From assembly GCA_965249555.1 (NCBI GenBank), contig OZ252243.1, forward strand, positions 288,001 through 352,000: a stretch of DNA of 64,000 nt, read 5' to 3'. The position numbers and the translations under genes were made by a program. The DNA comes from Nitrosopumilus sp. (GTDB lineage Archaea > Thermoproteota > Nitrososphaeria > Nitrososphaerales > Nitrosopumilaceae). The notes under the pieces were generated by a model. The model ran no database searches. It was given only the letters and a program-made list of their open reading frames with translations, and was not told the DNA's origin. Of the stretch, positions 43,263 to 52,205 are shown piece by piece; within the stretch, counting starts at the first letter, position 1; the number at the start of each line of letters is the position of its first letter.

Positions 43263-43430
43263 ATGCCAATTACGGATCCTGAAAAGAAACGCATTGCACA
43301 ACAAGCACGTCTTGTAATGAGAATCTGCTTCAAGTGTGGAGCCAGAAACGACATCGGAGCTACAAGATGCAGAAAATGCAGAAACCCATACTTGAGACTA
43401 AAGAACAGAGCCCTCGGCGTCAAGAAATAG
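43263..43430 (+). CDS. rpl40e: 50S ribosomal protein L40e
   Basis: MPITDPEKKRIAQQARLVMRICFKCGARNDIGATRCRKC (55 aa, below ORF-track cutoff). Confidence 0.92.
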   Translation: MPITDPEKKRIAQQARLVMRICFKCGARNDIGATRCRKCRNPYLRLKNRALGVKK

Positions 43431-43432
43431 AA

Positions 43433-43681
43433 CTAATAATTCATCAAACTTTGCCTATACTCTACAATTGCAAATTTTAACTCAGAACTGTATTGTGTAA
43501 TGAATGATTTCGCAGAATCAGGACTTTCTAATTCCTCAAGAGTTAGTTGGATATCATCAGGTAATTCTTCATTCATTTGAAAAAGAATTTTGGCTGCATC
43601 CACATATTGTCCAAGATTTTCGGCATATTCAAATGCCAATGTCATTTTATCAATTAATGTATTAAATTCCTGCAGGGACAC
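43433..43681 (-). CDS. Hypothetical protein
   Basis: 82-aa ORF convergent on rpl40e. Confidence 0.6.
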   Translation of the reverse strand: MSLQEFNTLIDKMTLAFEYAENLGQYVDAAKILFQMNEELPDDIQLTLEELESPDSAKSFITQYSSELKFAIVEYRQSLMNY

Positions 43682-43775
43682 AGATAATATTTTAAAAATC
43701 AGTACAAAAGAGGTTGGTAATTACGAAATATCCAAAATCTAAAGACAAAAAAGCTTGTGTTTTTGTAAATTTATT

Positions 43776-43870
43776 GGACCGGTCGTCTAGTTTGGTTTGG
43801 ATGACGCACTCACACTGCGTAAGGAGAAATCCCGCAAAGGTCGTGGGTTCAAATCCCATCCGGTCCACCA
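43776..43870 (+). tRNA. tRNA-Val(CAC) with a 17-nt intron at about position 44/45 (43822-43838)
   Basis: Acceptor stem GGACCGG/CCGGTCC, anticodon arm ACGCA-CTCACAC-TGCGT, T arm GTGGG-TTCAAAT-CCCAT, bulge-helix-bulge motif, encoded CCA. Confidence 0.93.
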
Positions 43871-43905
43871 CTTTATTGGTTCTTAAATAAAATTCACAGG
43901 TAACT

Positions 43906-46043
43906 ATGACATTGGATGATTTTGATGAACCCTTGAACGTCTTTTTTGATGCTTTGGAAAATCGTACAACAAGGGATCATTATCAAAGATATCTAAAGTA
44001 TTTCTTCAAATTCTTGAAATTAGATGGAGATTCATTAGAAAGTCATTGCAGATCTAAACAATGCAATAAATGATATCAAAAATCAATTCAAAATTAATCC
44101 TATGAATGAAGATAATTATTATCCTAGAGACCTTGCAGATAAACTAAATCCTGAACAAAGAGAATATTTCAGATATGGTATAATTCTTGGAAGAAGATAC
44201 CCAGGATTAAATTTTCATCCTGATTCAAAAATTTATTCTCTAACAGGTGATAAAAAAATATTTTATTGTTGGTGTAATACTAGGTAGAAAATTTCCTAAC
44301 AAGAATTTTAGGTATTTATAATGAATGGGTATGTGAGACTTGGGCATAATGATTTACAAAAAAAACCAAAACTTTTCTCTAACAACAAAGCATTCTTTTC
44401 GCAATCCTTGGATTCTCACTTCCAATTACACAGTTACAATACACTGCCAACTGATACACCAACACGCAAATCAGCACGAATGATTGTACGTTCTCAAATC
44501 CTTTCACCAGAACTGTTCTAATGCTAAACGTATCCTTGATTATCTCAGAGTGTTTCAATTGATATTTTTCTCTGAGAATAATTTCTGACCAACTGCTGAA
44601 TTGTAAAACCCTGTCAACTTTGTTCTGTCTGGTGTGGCGTAGAATAGTATTTTTTGACTGGACAGATTAATCTCATGGTATTATTCTTAGTTGACTCGTA
44701 TAGTTTAGAATCATCATATGCCGGATCACACCATATACTATTCATCAATCCAGAAAGTGACTCTCAATTTTTCATATGGCTTGCTATCATAGACATTTGC
44801 AGTAGTTACACATGGCAGATAATGGAACAACTAGTCTTTCCTGTGCTACAACTCATGTGTAGTTTGTATCCATACGCCCAACCCTTTGATTTGGAGAATC
44901 CCCACTTGACATTTGTGTCAATTCCTGCAATTGGTAAGTGATTCTTTTTGATGTCCGATTTGTGCCATACTGGACCTGAAGCTTTTAGCATTGAATTATC
45001 AACTGCTGCTGATTTACTATTCACCAATCCTTCTGAGACAAACAAATCTTCTACAGTGTTAATAATTTCATTGATTGGTAAGCATTGAAATCTTCTGTCA
45101 ATTGTCCTTCTGTCAGGAATTTAATCTGCAAACCTTGCGTAATTTGTCATTGGTACATTTGATTGAGAGAAAATAATGCAGTGTGTTGTTACTTGGAATT
45201 CTCATCCATGACTTTACGATGAATAATTGAACCATTAGAACAGTTGAATGGACATATGGTCGTCCTCGTCTCATTGCATTCTCATACAGATATAGTATTC
45301 CAACCAGATACAAAATACCAATAAGAAATGACTTACATAGAATCTTGCTAGGGATTTTTATTTGTTTTGTAATCATTACAATGAACAAAACATGATGAGA
45401 TCCTTTGCTTTTTCTATTTGAATAATTTGAGAAATCGGTTAAAAATGAGAATTGATTATGCCCATGTCTCATTGTAAATGAAAATTCATGTGTTTTACGA
45501 GATGAGTTTGATGTTTCAAAATCAAGTAAAGGATTAGCAACAGTTCCAAAATAGCTAAAAAGTACAGGTTTGAAGAGTTTAATTGAACGTGCTCTTTTTG
45601 CTGAAGGAATAGGAAAGCCTCTTTCAAAAGGTCAGAAAAGACACGAATTCAAAACAGACCATAGTTTTAGAAAATTCTTTAAGACAATTGTTGAACGAAA
45701 TATGAAGTCATTACACGTAGAAATACTAATGGGTCATTCTACTGGATTAGCCAACAACTACTATAGAATTCCAGAAAAAGAACTACTAGAAGAATATACC
45801 AAAGCTATTCAAGATCTCAGCATCTATGAATCCACACCACAAGAAGATAAAATACAGTATTTGGAAAGAGAGATTCGAGAAATGAAAATGAACTTGGCTG
45901 ATCTTATGATAGATTATGGAAAAGAACGTTCTGGAGAATTGATTTCTAAACATCCCAAACTATTGAAAGGCATGAAATTTTCTACTGAATCAGATGCAGT
46001 AATAATCAAAGACTTTTTAGATGATTCTGACATATTATACTGA
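43906..46043 (+). pseudogene. Tyrosine recombinase/integrase, split by an IS and deletion
   Basis: N-terminal MTLDDFDEPLNVFFDALENRTTRDHYQRYLKYFF near 43906; C-terminal HSFRKFF..LMGH..YY catalytic box in 45570-46043; in-frame stop near 45552. Confidence 0.85.
44334..45471 (-). mobile_element. IS element with a DDE transposase pseudogene (about 44379-45376), IS5/IS982-like
   Basis: 17-bp terminal inverted repeats TGAGAC(T/A)TGGGCATAAT; fragments RRGRPY, DRRTIDRR, AVDNSML and GWAYGYKLH in broken frames. Confidence 0.9.
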
Positions 46044-46236
46044 TTTTGGCAAACAAAGTAATCATCGATAATGACATTCAGATTTAGTATAAAATTGGCA
46101 TAATTGGGTTTTACTGTTGACATATAGGTATGTAGGTATGTGGTAATATAGTACCAATTATATGTTAATTTTATGCATAATTTCTTTAATAATTGGTTAG
46201 ATTATAATTACTAATTATTCAAAATACCATAATATT

Positions 46237-46263
46237 TATATACTATCTTATATATAGTATATA
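46237..46263. promoter_or_regulatory. Palindromic operator candidate over the TATA region of the HTH operon
   Basis: TATATACTAT-N7-ATAGTATATA, ending 14 nt upstream of ATG 46278. Confidence 0.55.
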
Positions 46264-46277
46264 TAGAGAAAAATTAG

Positions 46278-46499
46278 ATGGTAAAAATAGAAGATCAAAA
46301 CATTAAAAAAGAGTTGCAAATCATAATTGGGATATTGCTTAATCAATCAAAGATTCAAGAAAAAAGTCTAGGTGAGAAAATAAGGTATCTTGCATTAATG
46401 AAATACGAAAATCAGGAAATTGCAGATATGTTAGGAACAACATACAATATGGTGGCAAAAGAAAAGTCAAAAGCAAAAAAGGGGAAAAAAGATGAGTGA
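46278..46499 (+). CDS. Small HTH protein 1
   Basis: KSLGEKIRYL..YENQEIADMLGTTYNMV HTH pattern. Confidence 0.8.
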   Translation: MVKIEDQNIKKELQIIIGILLNQSKIQEKSLGEKIRYLALMKYENQEIADMLGTTYNMVAKEKSKAKKGKKDE

Positions 46500-46722
46500 A
46501 GACATTTTAAAAGTAATTGATAGAAGATTAGAAACCATAATCAATCTAATTGCAATTGATGTAATTAAAGACAAATCTCTTAATGAACAGATAGATATTC
46601 TTTCTAGTGCACGTTTAACAGTTAATGAAATAGCAACTATACTAAACAAGTCACCAAATAACATCAGTGTTAGATTACACTTAAAAAAAATCAAAAAAGA
46701 AAGAGGTAAAAAAATTGAATGA
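46492..46722 (+). CDS. Small HTH protein 2
   Basis: KSLNEQIDILS..LTVNEIATILNKSPNNI; 8-nt overlap with gene 1. Confidence 0.8.
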   Translation: MSEDILKVIDRRLETIINLIAIDVIKDKSLNEQIDILSSARLTVNEIATILNKSPNNISVRLHLKKIKKERGKKIE

Positions 46723-46915
46723 AAAGCAATTCAAAATATTAACTGAAAAATTAGATTTTATTTCTAAAATATTATTACTTAATATTGTAAAAGATCTAGA
46801 ATTCAACAAGCAAGTTACACAATTATCTAATTTAGGACTAAGAGAAACAGATATTGTAAAAATATTGAATTCGACCAGAAACAAAGTTCATTTAATTATG
46901 AGGAAAATTAAATGA
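46715..46915 (+). CDS. Small HTH protein 3
   Basis: KQVTQLSNLGLRETDIVKILNSTRNKV; 8-nt overlap, TTG start. Confidence 0.75.
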   Translation: MNEKQFKILTEKLDFISKILLLNIVKDLEFNKQVTQLSNLGLRETDIVKILNSTRNKVHLIMRKIK

Positions 46916-47175
46916 TTGAAAAAAAAGAAATACCAGATACAGAAATAATTAAGAGATTATTGATAGTACAATTAGTTAGGAATGAGATATCAATTAGAGA
47001 CATTGTAAAAATTACGTGGATTGGAACTAAAAAATTGTATGAATTTTTACCAAAAAATATAGGAAATGGAGAACAAATTCCAGTTAAACGTGGCATGAGA
47101 TTCAAACATTCTTTTGATTTAAGTGATTTTGGTTTGCTACCTACATCCAGTAAAAAGGAGACAAAACATGGGTGA
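46912..47175 (+). CDS. Small HTH protein 4
   Basis: IKRLLIVQL..ISIRDIVKITWIGTKKLYEFLPKN; ATGA overlap. Confidence 0.75.
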   Translation: MIEKKEIPDTEIIKRLLIVQLVRNEISIRDIVKITWIGTKKLYEFLPKNIGNGEQIPVKRGMRFKHSFDLSDFGLLPTSSKKETKHG

Positions 47176-47344
47176 CAAGATACAGGTTGAACTGGAATCT
47201 ATAAAAAAATTATTGATTTTAAATTTGATTTCTCAAGGAATACCTCATGCTGCTGTTGCAAAAGCAGCTGGCATGAGTACTAAAACACTTTACAACTTCA
47301 TTCCAAAAAATCTTTCTAAAATATCTCGTAATGGTGATGAATAA
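47168..47344 (+). CDS. Small HTH protein 5
   Basis: IKKLLILNLISQGIPHAAVAKAAGMSTKTLYNFIPKN; AAGGAG SD before ATG 47168. Confidence 0.8.
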   Translation: MGDKIQVELESIKKLLILNLISQGIPHAAVAKAAGMSTKTLYNFIPKNLSKISRNGDE

Positions 47345-47346
47345 AC

Positions 47347-47718
47347 ATGGGTGACATGTTAAATCGAGATGTAAGAGAAATTAAGAATCGTATTGATGGA
47401 ATCGACAAATCAATGGATCTACTTCTTCGTGCAAATCGAAAAGAAATAACTGATGATATACTAGTTTTCTTTGGAAAATCAAAGAATCGTGTGAACGTGT
47501 TCTTGGCAGTTGATGGTAGAATCACAGTCAATCAAATTGTAAATAAGTTAAAACCTATGAAACAACCTAATGTGTCTACAAGAATATCTGAACTGTTTGA
47601 TGAAGACCTGATTTATGTAAAAAAAACAACGAATAAAGGCAAAGTTTATGAAAAAACAAAAAAGGTAAAAATTTTGAATTTAGAAAAAATTCTTAGGAAT
47701 ATATTTAAAATAAAATGA
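47347..47718 (+). CDS. Winged-HTH protein with N-terminal coiled coil
   Basis: VFLAVDG..TVNQIV..MKQPNVSTRISELFDEDLI..GKVY ArsR/MarR-like pattern. Confidence 0.8.
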   Translation: MGDMLNRDVREIKNRIDGIDKSMDLLLRANRKEITDDILVFFGKSKNRVNVFLAVDGRITVNQIVNKLKPMKQPNVSTRISELFDEDLIYVKKTTNKGKVYEKTKKVKILNLEKILRNIFKIK

Positions 47719-48248
47719 CTTTTGAAGAACTTAAGGCTGCAATTCAATCACGAATATGGGATATTTTTAATCAAAATAGCTGGACTGAATTAGATGATTT
47801 TTCATTAAGACTTTCTGAAAAAATTACAAAAAAAATGATTAGTTCTCCTTCTAAAACCAATATTCAAAAAATCATAGATTCCACTAGAACAAATTTTTTT
47901 ACTGTAAACAAGATTAAAAAAATTTCTCTTGCAAAGTCTCTGGAAAACGATTTACGTGAAATCCATGATTTGTATAAACCGAGTAAAAGAATATTTAAGA
48001 AAAAATCTGCATCTTCCTCTAAATCTAAACCTCGAAATGATTTCTCAGATGATGCAAAAATCCAAGCACTGAGAAAACAAGATCATCGTTGTGCTAAATG
48101 TGGACGAATTTTAGGGGTTGTGGATTATGATCATGAAGATGGAGACAGATCCAATGATGATCCATCTAATTGTAGGGCAATATGCCCATACTGTCATGCT
48201 GTTGTTTCTAGACGTAGACAAAGTCTTAAGAGAATGAAAATGAATTGA
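47715..48248 (+). CDS. HNH endonuclease with an unknown N-terminal domain
   Basis: QDHRCAKCG..DYDHEDGDRSNDDPSNCRAICPYCH. Confidence 0.88.
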   Translation: MTFEELKAAIQSRIWDIFNQNSWTELDDFSLRLSEKITKKMISSPSKTNIQKIIDSTRTNFFTVNKIKKISLAKSLENDLREIHDLYKPSKRIFKKKSASSSKSKPRNDFSDDAKIQALRKQDHRCAKCGRILGVVDYDHEDGDRSNDDPSNCRAICPYCHAVVSRRRQSLKRMKMN

Positions 48249-48663
48249 ACCGTCGATTTTTTGGAATCTGCTTTTTGAACCTATATCAGCACGGAAACCA
48301 TCCGGTCCACTCCATTTTAGTTACTAAATTAGTTTCAGAATTGCTTTAAGGAAATCCCATTGTGTTTGGTCATAGTCAAAAATACTCCTCCTACTATTGT
48401 TATTTCAGTGAACTCTTGATTTCCTATGTTCATCAATTAAGAGTCTTACTTTATCTAAAAATCACATGTTATCTAAAAGTATGAATAATTGTTATATAGT
48501 ATTTTGACGTATATGATATAACGAGAAGCCTTTGTTCTGCGTCGTAGAATAATAGGTCTGGAAAACACCTCATGTTAAAAAAACGTCCTAGAATCATGTG
48601 TTTTCCATGTATCTCGTTGTTCTAAAAGGAAACAATTTAGAATAGTCCATAATAGGAACGAAT

Positions 48664-49482
48664 ATGGATTCCAAAGACGTTATAGATAATGTAAATGCGT
48701 TATTGAAACTCGGGGTGGGGGATCCATACAGACTAGAGCACATCAAACAATCATACATCCTAAACAGCACTATTTGGAAGAGTGATGACAAATACCTAGA
48801 ACAACTAAAAGAGAAATACCTAGTCAGACATCGCATAGACCAACCAAGCATAGAACCAGAAATTGATGAAAAGACAGAAAGTGAGTCTGAAGATAAGGAC
48901 ATGATTCATTGCTGGAAATGTGGAAAAAAGAGTCCAACAAGAGCTAATTTTTGCATGATTTGTGGCTCTTCTATTTTTGAAGTTGGTGAAGAACCTAAAA
49001 CAGCTGATGTGCAAATGGCATCTACTCGATCAAAAAATCAGACAAAAAGGATTAGATTAAAAATTCCCATTTTAATTGGCATTCCTGTTTTAATTTTAAT
49101 AATAATTGGTGGTGCATATAGCCAAGGCTTTTGGGACAACTCGCTAGAAAGACAGGGTACAGGGGATTCAACAAGTGGGGTGATGGTATCTACTGAAGAC
49201 AATTCAAAATGTGGTCCAGGAACAGTCTTTGATCCGGATGCTAATGCATGTGTTTTAGGAAGTGCAATAGGGTCTAAAGATTCAACAAGTGGGGCAAGTA
49301 CTGAAGACAATTCAAAATGTGGTCCAGGAACAGTCTTTGATCCGGATGCTAATGCATGTGTTTTAGGAAGTGCGATAGAGTCTAAAGATTCAACAAGTGG
49401 GGCAAGTACTGAAGACAATTCAAAATGTGGTCCAGGAACAGTCTTTGATCCTGATGCTAATGCATGTGTTTTAGATAAATGA
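48664..49482 (+). CDS. Membrane protein with a zinc ribbon and three C-terminal Cys-pair repeats
   Basis: CWKCG..FCMICG, a transmembrane helix, then repeated CGPGTVFDPDANAC. Confidence 0.8.
   Translation: MDSKDVIDNVNALLKLGVGDPYRLEHIKQSYILNSTIWKSDDKYLEQLKEKYLVRHRIDQPSIEPEIDEKTESESEDKDMIHCWKCGKKSPTRANFCMICGSSIFEVGEEPKTADVQMASTRSKNQTKRIRLKIPILIGIPVLILIIIGGAYSQGFWDNSLERQGTGDSTSGVMVSTEDNSKCGPGTVFDPDANACVLGSAIGSKDSTSGASTEDNSKCGPGTVFDPDANACVLGSAIESKDSTSGASTEDNSKCGPGTVFDPDANACVLDK
49191..49475 (+). repeat. 108-bp tandem repeat (about 2.6 units, 36 aa each)
   Basis: Units start at 49191, 49299 and 49407 and are nearly identical. Confidence 0.95.
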
Positions 49483-49545
49483 AAACAGGAATCACAAGAG
49501 ATTTCAAATTAGTTAGTTAAAATTGGATAAAGTTGACAAAAATTT

Positions 49546-49677
49546 GTGAAAGCCAGATTTAATGGAAAATGCGTAGAATGTGGAGGAGAAATTAAAGTGG
49601 GTAAAGAGATCATAAAAAACTCTAAAGAAAAATGGGTTCACAAGGCATGCTCAGATTTAGAAGACGAATTACCATAA
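49546..49677 (+). CDS. 43-aa zinc-binding peptide
   Basis: GTG-start ORF MKARFNGKCVECGGEIKVG..WVHKAC. Confidence 0.6.
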   Translation: MKARFNGKCVECGGEIKVGKEIIKNSKEKWVHKACSDLEDELP

Positions 49678-49739
49678 ATCATAAAGTTGGAACAAATTAG
49701 TAACAAAGTTTTAAAGGGCTTGCAAAAAAAGGAGAATAG

Positions 49740-50168
49740 ATGAATACAAAATCAAGCATATTTTTGATTGCATCAATTACGACAGTATTTGCCATAATGA
49801 TGATTCCAGGAGATATTTCTGCTGAAACCAGTCAAAATATCATTACTGTAACTCCAATTAATGAGGAGATAAGTTTGCAACAGACTGTCACTGCAATGAG
49901 TATCCCTCAAGAGAATAAACTTCCTTGGGGAACAGTCATAGGAGCGGCATCAGATTATGTTGAAAGATATCCAGTTATCATCCAATTTTACAAGGGAGAA
50001 GATCCAGTTCACTTTTCACAAGTGGATGTAAGAGGAGATGGCTCTTATGAATACAAATTTAGAGTTAGAAGTCTTGATACAGCCACAGGAGAGGTTGTAA
50101 ATGTCTTTGAAGGAGATTATACTGTAAAAATCTTTAGAGTGATTCCCAACACCAATCAAATAGTTTAG
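49740..50168 (+). CDS. Secreted hypothetical protein
   Basis: Signal peptide followed by a beta-rich domain. Confidence 0.75.
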   Translation: MNTKSSIFLIASITTVFAIMMIPGDISAETSQNIITVTPINEEISLQQTVTAMSIPQENKLPWGTVIGAASDYVERYPVIIQFYKGEDPVHFSQVDVRGDGSYEYKFRVRSLDTATGEVVNVFEGDYTVKIFRVIPNTNQIV

Positions 50169-50170
50169 AG

Positions 50171-50740
50171 TCAATAGGGCGTACCAGATTCTCTTTGTTT
50201 TGCCAGAGCTGTAACATACCATTCAAACTCATCTAGAAATCTTGAAAATCTTCTATCATAGTTTTCATCAAGTAGATTTCCATCATTATCAAAGGTTTCA
50301 TGGACTTTGGAGATTGGAAGTTGTGATGGAATAGCAGATGCACCCATCTCTGCTAATATTTGACGAAGATGGTTTCCTGCAACAACACCACCAAAAGGAC
50401 CCACAGAATAAGAAATGATAGCTGAAGGCTTGAAAAAATACTCCTCTAAGAAATAATCCAATGTATTTTTCATCGCAGAGGATATACTGTGATTGTACTC
50501 TGGAGTTATTGGGATGTACCCATCTGCATCTTTAATGATTTTTTGAAGTTCCTGTAATTTTCTAGGCGGGGATTTCATCTCTTTGTACATTTTATCTAAT
50601 AATGGCAAGTCTAATTCTACAGGGTCTACTAGTGAAACTTGATGTCCTTTCTCTTTTAGTTTACCTATAACCCATTTCGCAACTTTAATTCCATTTCTTT
50701 CAGATCTTACAGAACCAAGAATTACCACAATTTTTGCCAA
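50171..50740 (-). CDS. NADPH-dependent FMN reductase
   Basis: GSVRSER, TPEYNHS..KNTLD and SYSVGPFGG motifs. Confidence 0.9.
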   Translation of the reverse strand: MAKIVVILGSVRSERNGIKVAKWVIGKLKEKGHQVSLVDPVELDLPLLDKMYKEMKSPPRKLQELQKIIKDADGYIPITPEYNHSISSAMKNTLDYFLEEYFFKPSAIISYSVGPFGGVVAGNHLRQILAEMGASAIPSQLPISKVHETFDNDGNLLDENYDRRFSRFLDEFEWYVTALAKQRESGTPY

Positions 50741-50837
50741 TAAGCATACATAATAAAACAAGATAAAATATTTTTTCTAAATTTACAAAATTATTCATAG
50801 AATTCATATACTAAATAAGTTGTTGAAGAGCTAGAAA

Positions 50838-51377
50838 ATGAGCAAGAATTTTTGGCATGATATTGAATCAGGAGTAGATATTCCGGAAATCATCAATGTA
50901 ATTGTAGAGATTCCAAAAGGTTCAATGAACAAATACGAATATGACAAAAAGCACAATATGATAAAGCTTGACAGAGTATTATTTTCACCATTTCATTATC
51001 CAGGAGATTACGGGCTTGTTCCTCAAACTTTATCGGAGGATGGCGACCCACTTGATGCACTAGTACTTGTAACCAATTCTACATATCCAGGAATTCTCAT
51101 TGAAGCAAGGCCAATAGGACTACTTCAGATGAAAGATGATGGAGAACCAGATGACAAAATTATTTGTGTATCAACAAATGATCCTAGATATCTACACACT
51201 ACAGACATTACAAATATTGAGGATCACTATCGCTCAGAGATTGCACACTTTTTCCAAGTCTACAAAGATTTGGAAGGAAAGAAAGTAGAAATTTTAGGAT
51301 GGGGGACTGCAAAAGATGCAAAATCAGTAATTATTGACTCGGTTAAGAGATACAAGGATACTCTAAAAAAATACTAA
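50838..51377 (+). CDS. ppa: Inorganic pyrophosphatase (family I)
   Basis: EIPKGS.NKYE, YPGDYG, DGDPLD and DDKII motifs. Confidence 0.96.
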   Translation: MSKNFWHDIESGVDIPEIINVIVEIPKGSMNKYEYDKKHNMIKLDRVLFSPFHYPGDYGLVPQTLSEDGDPLDALVLVTNSTYPGILIEARPIGLLQMKDDGEPDDKIICVSTNDPRYLHTTDITNIEDHYRSEIAHFFQVYKDLEGKKVEILGWGTAKDAKSVIIDSVKRYKDTLKKY

Positions 51378-51378
51378 C

Positions 51379-51636
51379 ATGTCAAAACAATGTGAACACT
51401 TTTCTCAAGAAAAAAAAGGAATTTCTCCAAACACAAAGAGTTGTGAAGAGTGTGAAAAAGAACATCTGCCAGTAGTTGCCATTAGAATGTGTTTAACATG
51501 TGGACATGTTGGTTGCTGTGATTCATCAATTGGAAAACATGCGACAAAGCACTTTCAAGAAACTGGACATTCAGTGATGAAAGCAATTCCAGGGGATATT
51601 TGGAGGTGGTGCTATCTTCATGAAGAGTATTATTGA
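51379..51636 (+). CDS. UBP-type zinc finger protein
   Basis: CEEC..RMCLTCGHVGCCDSS..HATKHF..GH. Confidence 0.9.
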   Translation: MSKQCEHFSQEKKGISPNTKSCEECEKEHLPVVAIRMCLTCGHVGCCDSSIGKHATKHFQETGHSVMKAIPGDIWRWCYLHEEYY

Positions 51637-51772
51637 GTTTGAGACAAACAGGTAAAATAATTTTTGAGCAAGATGATAATTGTACTATGGTTATCCAAAA
51701 TTTTAGGCCTAAAATTTAATGAGTCATAATGTATTACAGAGTCACTTTAACCAGATAATGATATTATTGAAT

Positions 51773-52054
51773 ATGAGTTCGGAGTATTTCGATGAGGAAG
51801 GTCTGCTTAAAGTCGTCAAATCCTTTGAATTATCTGAGGCAATAACAAAGCTAAATTGGAATTGGAACAACTATGCAAATCCCATCAAAGAAGCACATAT
51901 ACTAATTTCCACTAGTCAAAAACTTTTGGTTGAAATTTCAGAGTATGATCAAAGATTAGGATCAGAACTTAGTGAGGATCAAAAAAAGAAAATTAATGAT
52001 TCAGTAGAAGAGTTAGGAAAACTAATTTCATATGTTAAAAATAAAACCTACTGA
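51773..52054 (+). CDS. Hypothetical protein
   Basis: MSSEYFDEEGLLK ORF; start uncertain. Confidence 0.6.
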   Translation: MSSEYFDEEGLLKVVKSFELSEAITKLNWNWNNYANPIKEAHILISTSQKLLVEISEYDQRLGSELSEDQKKKINDSVEELGKLISYVKNKTY

Positions 52055-52205
52055 AAGTTTAGAGATAATGAATTAAACTGAAAACTCTTTAGTTTGATCT
52101 TGGTAATTTATACAAAATTAATCTTCTTATTCAATTAATTTCGTAGGTAATAGTAATTTTTTGGAAGGTATTGATTTTTTAATAGTTACAAAATGATATT
52201 ATCAA

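Larger units (their letters stand above)
43869..48310. mobile_element. Integrated element at the tRNA-Val 3' end (about 4.4 kb, decayed)
   Basis: 13-bp direct repeat CCATCCGGTCCAC at 43856-43868 and 48298-48310; integrase remnant begins next to the tRNA. Confidence 0.85.
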
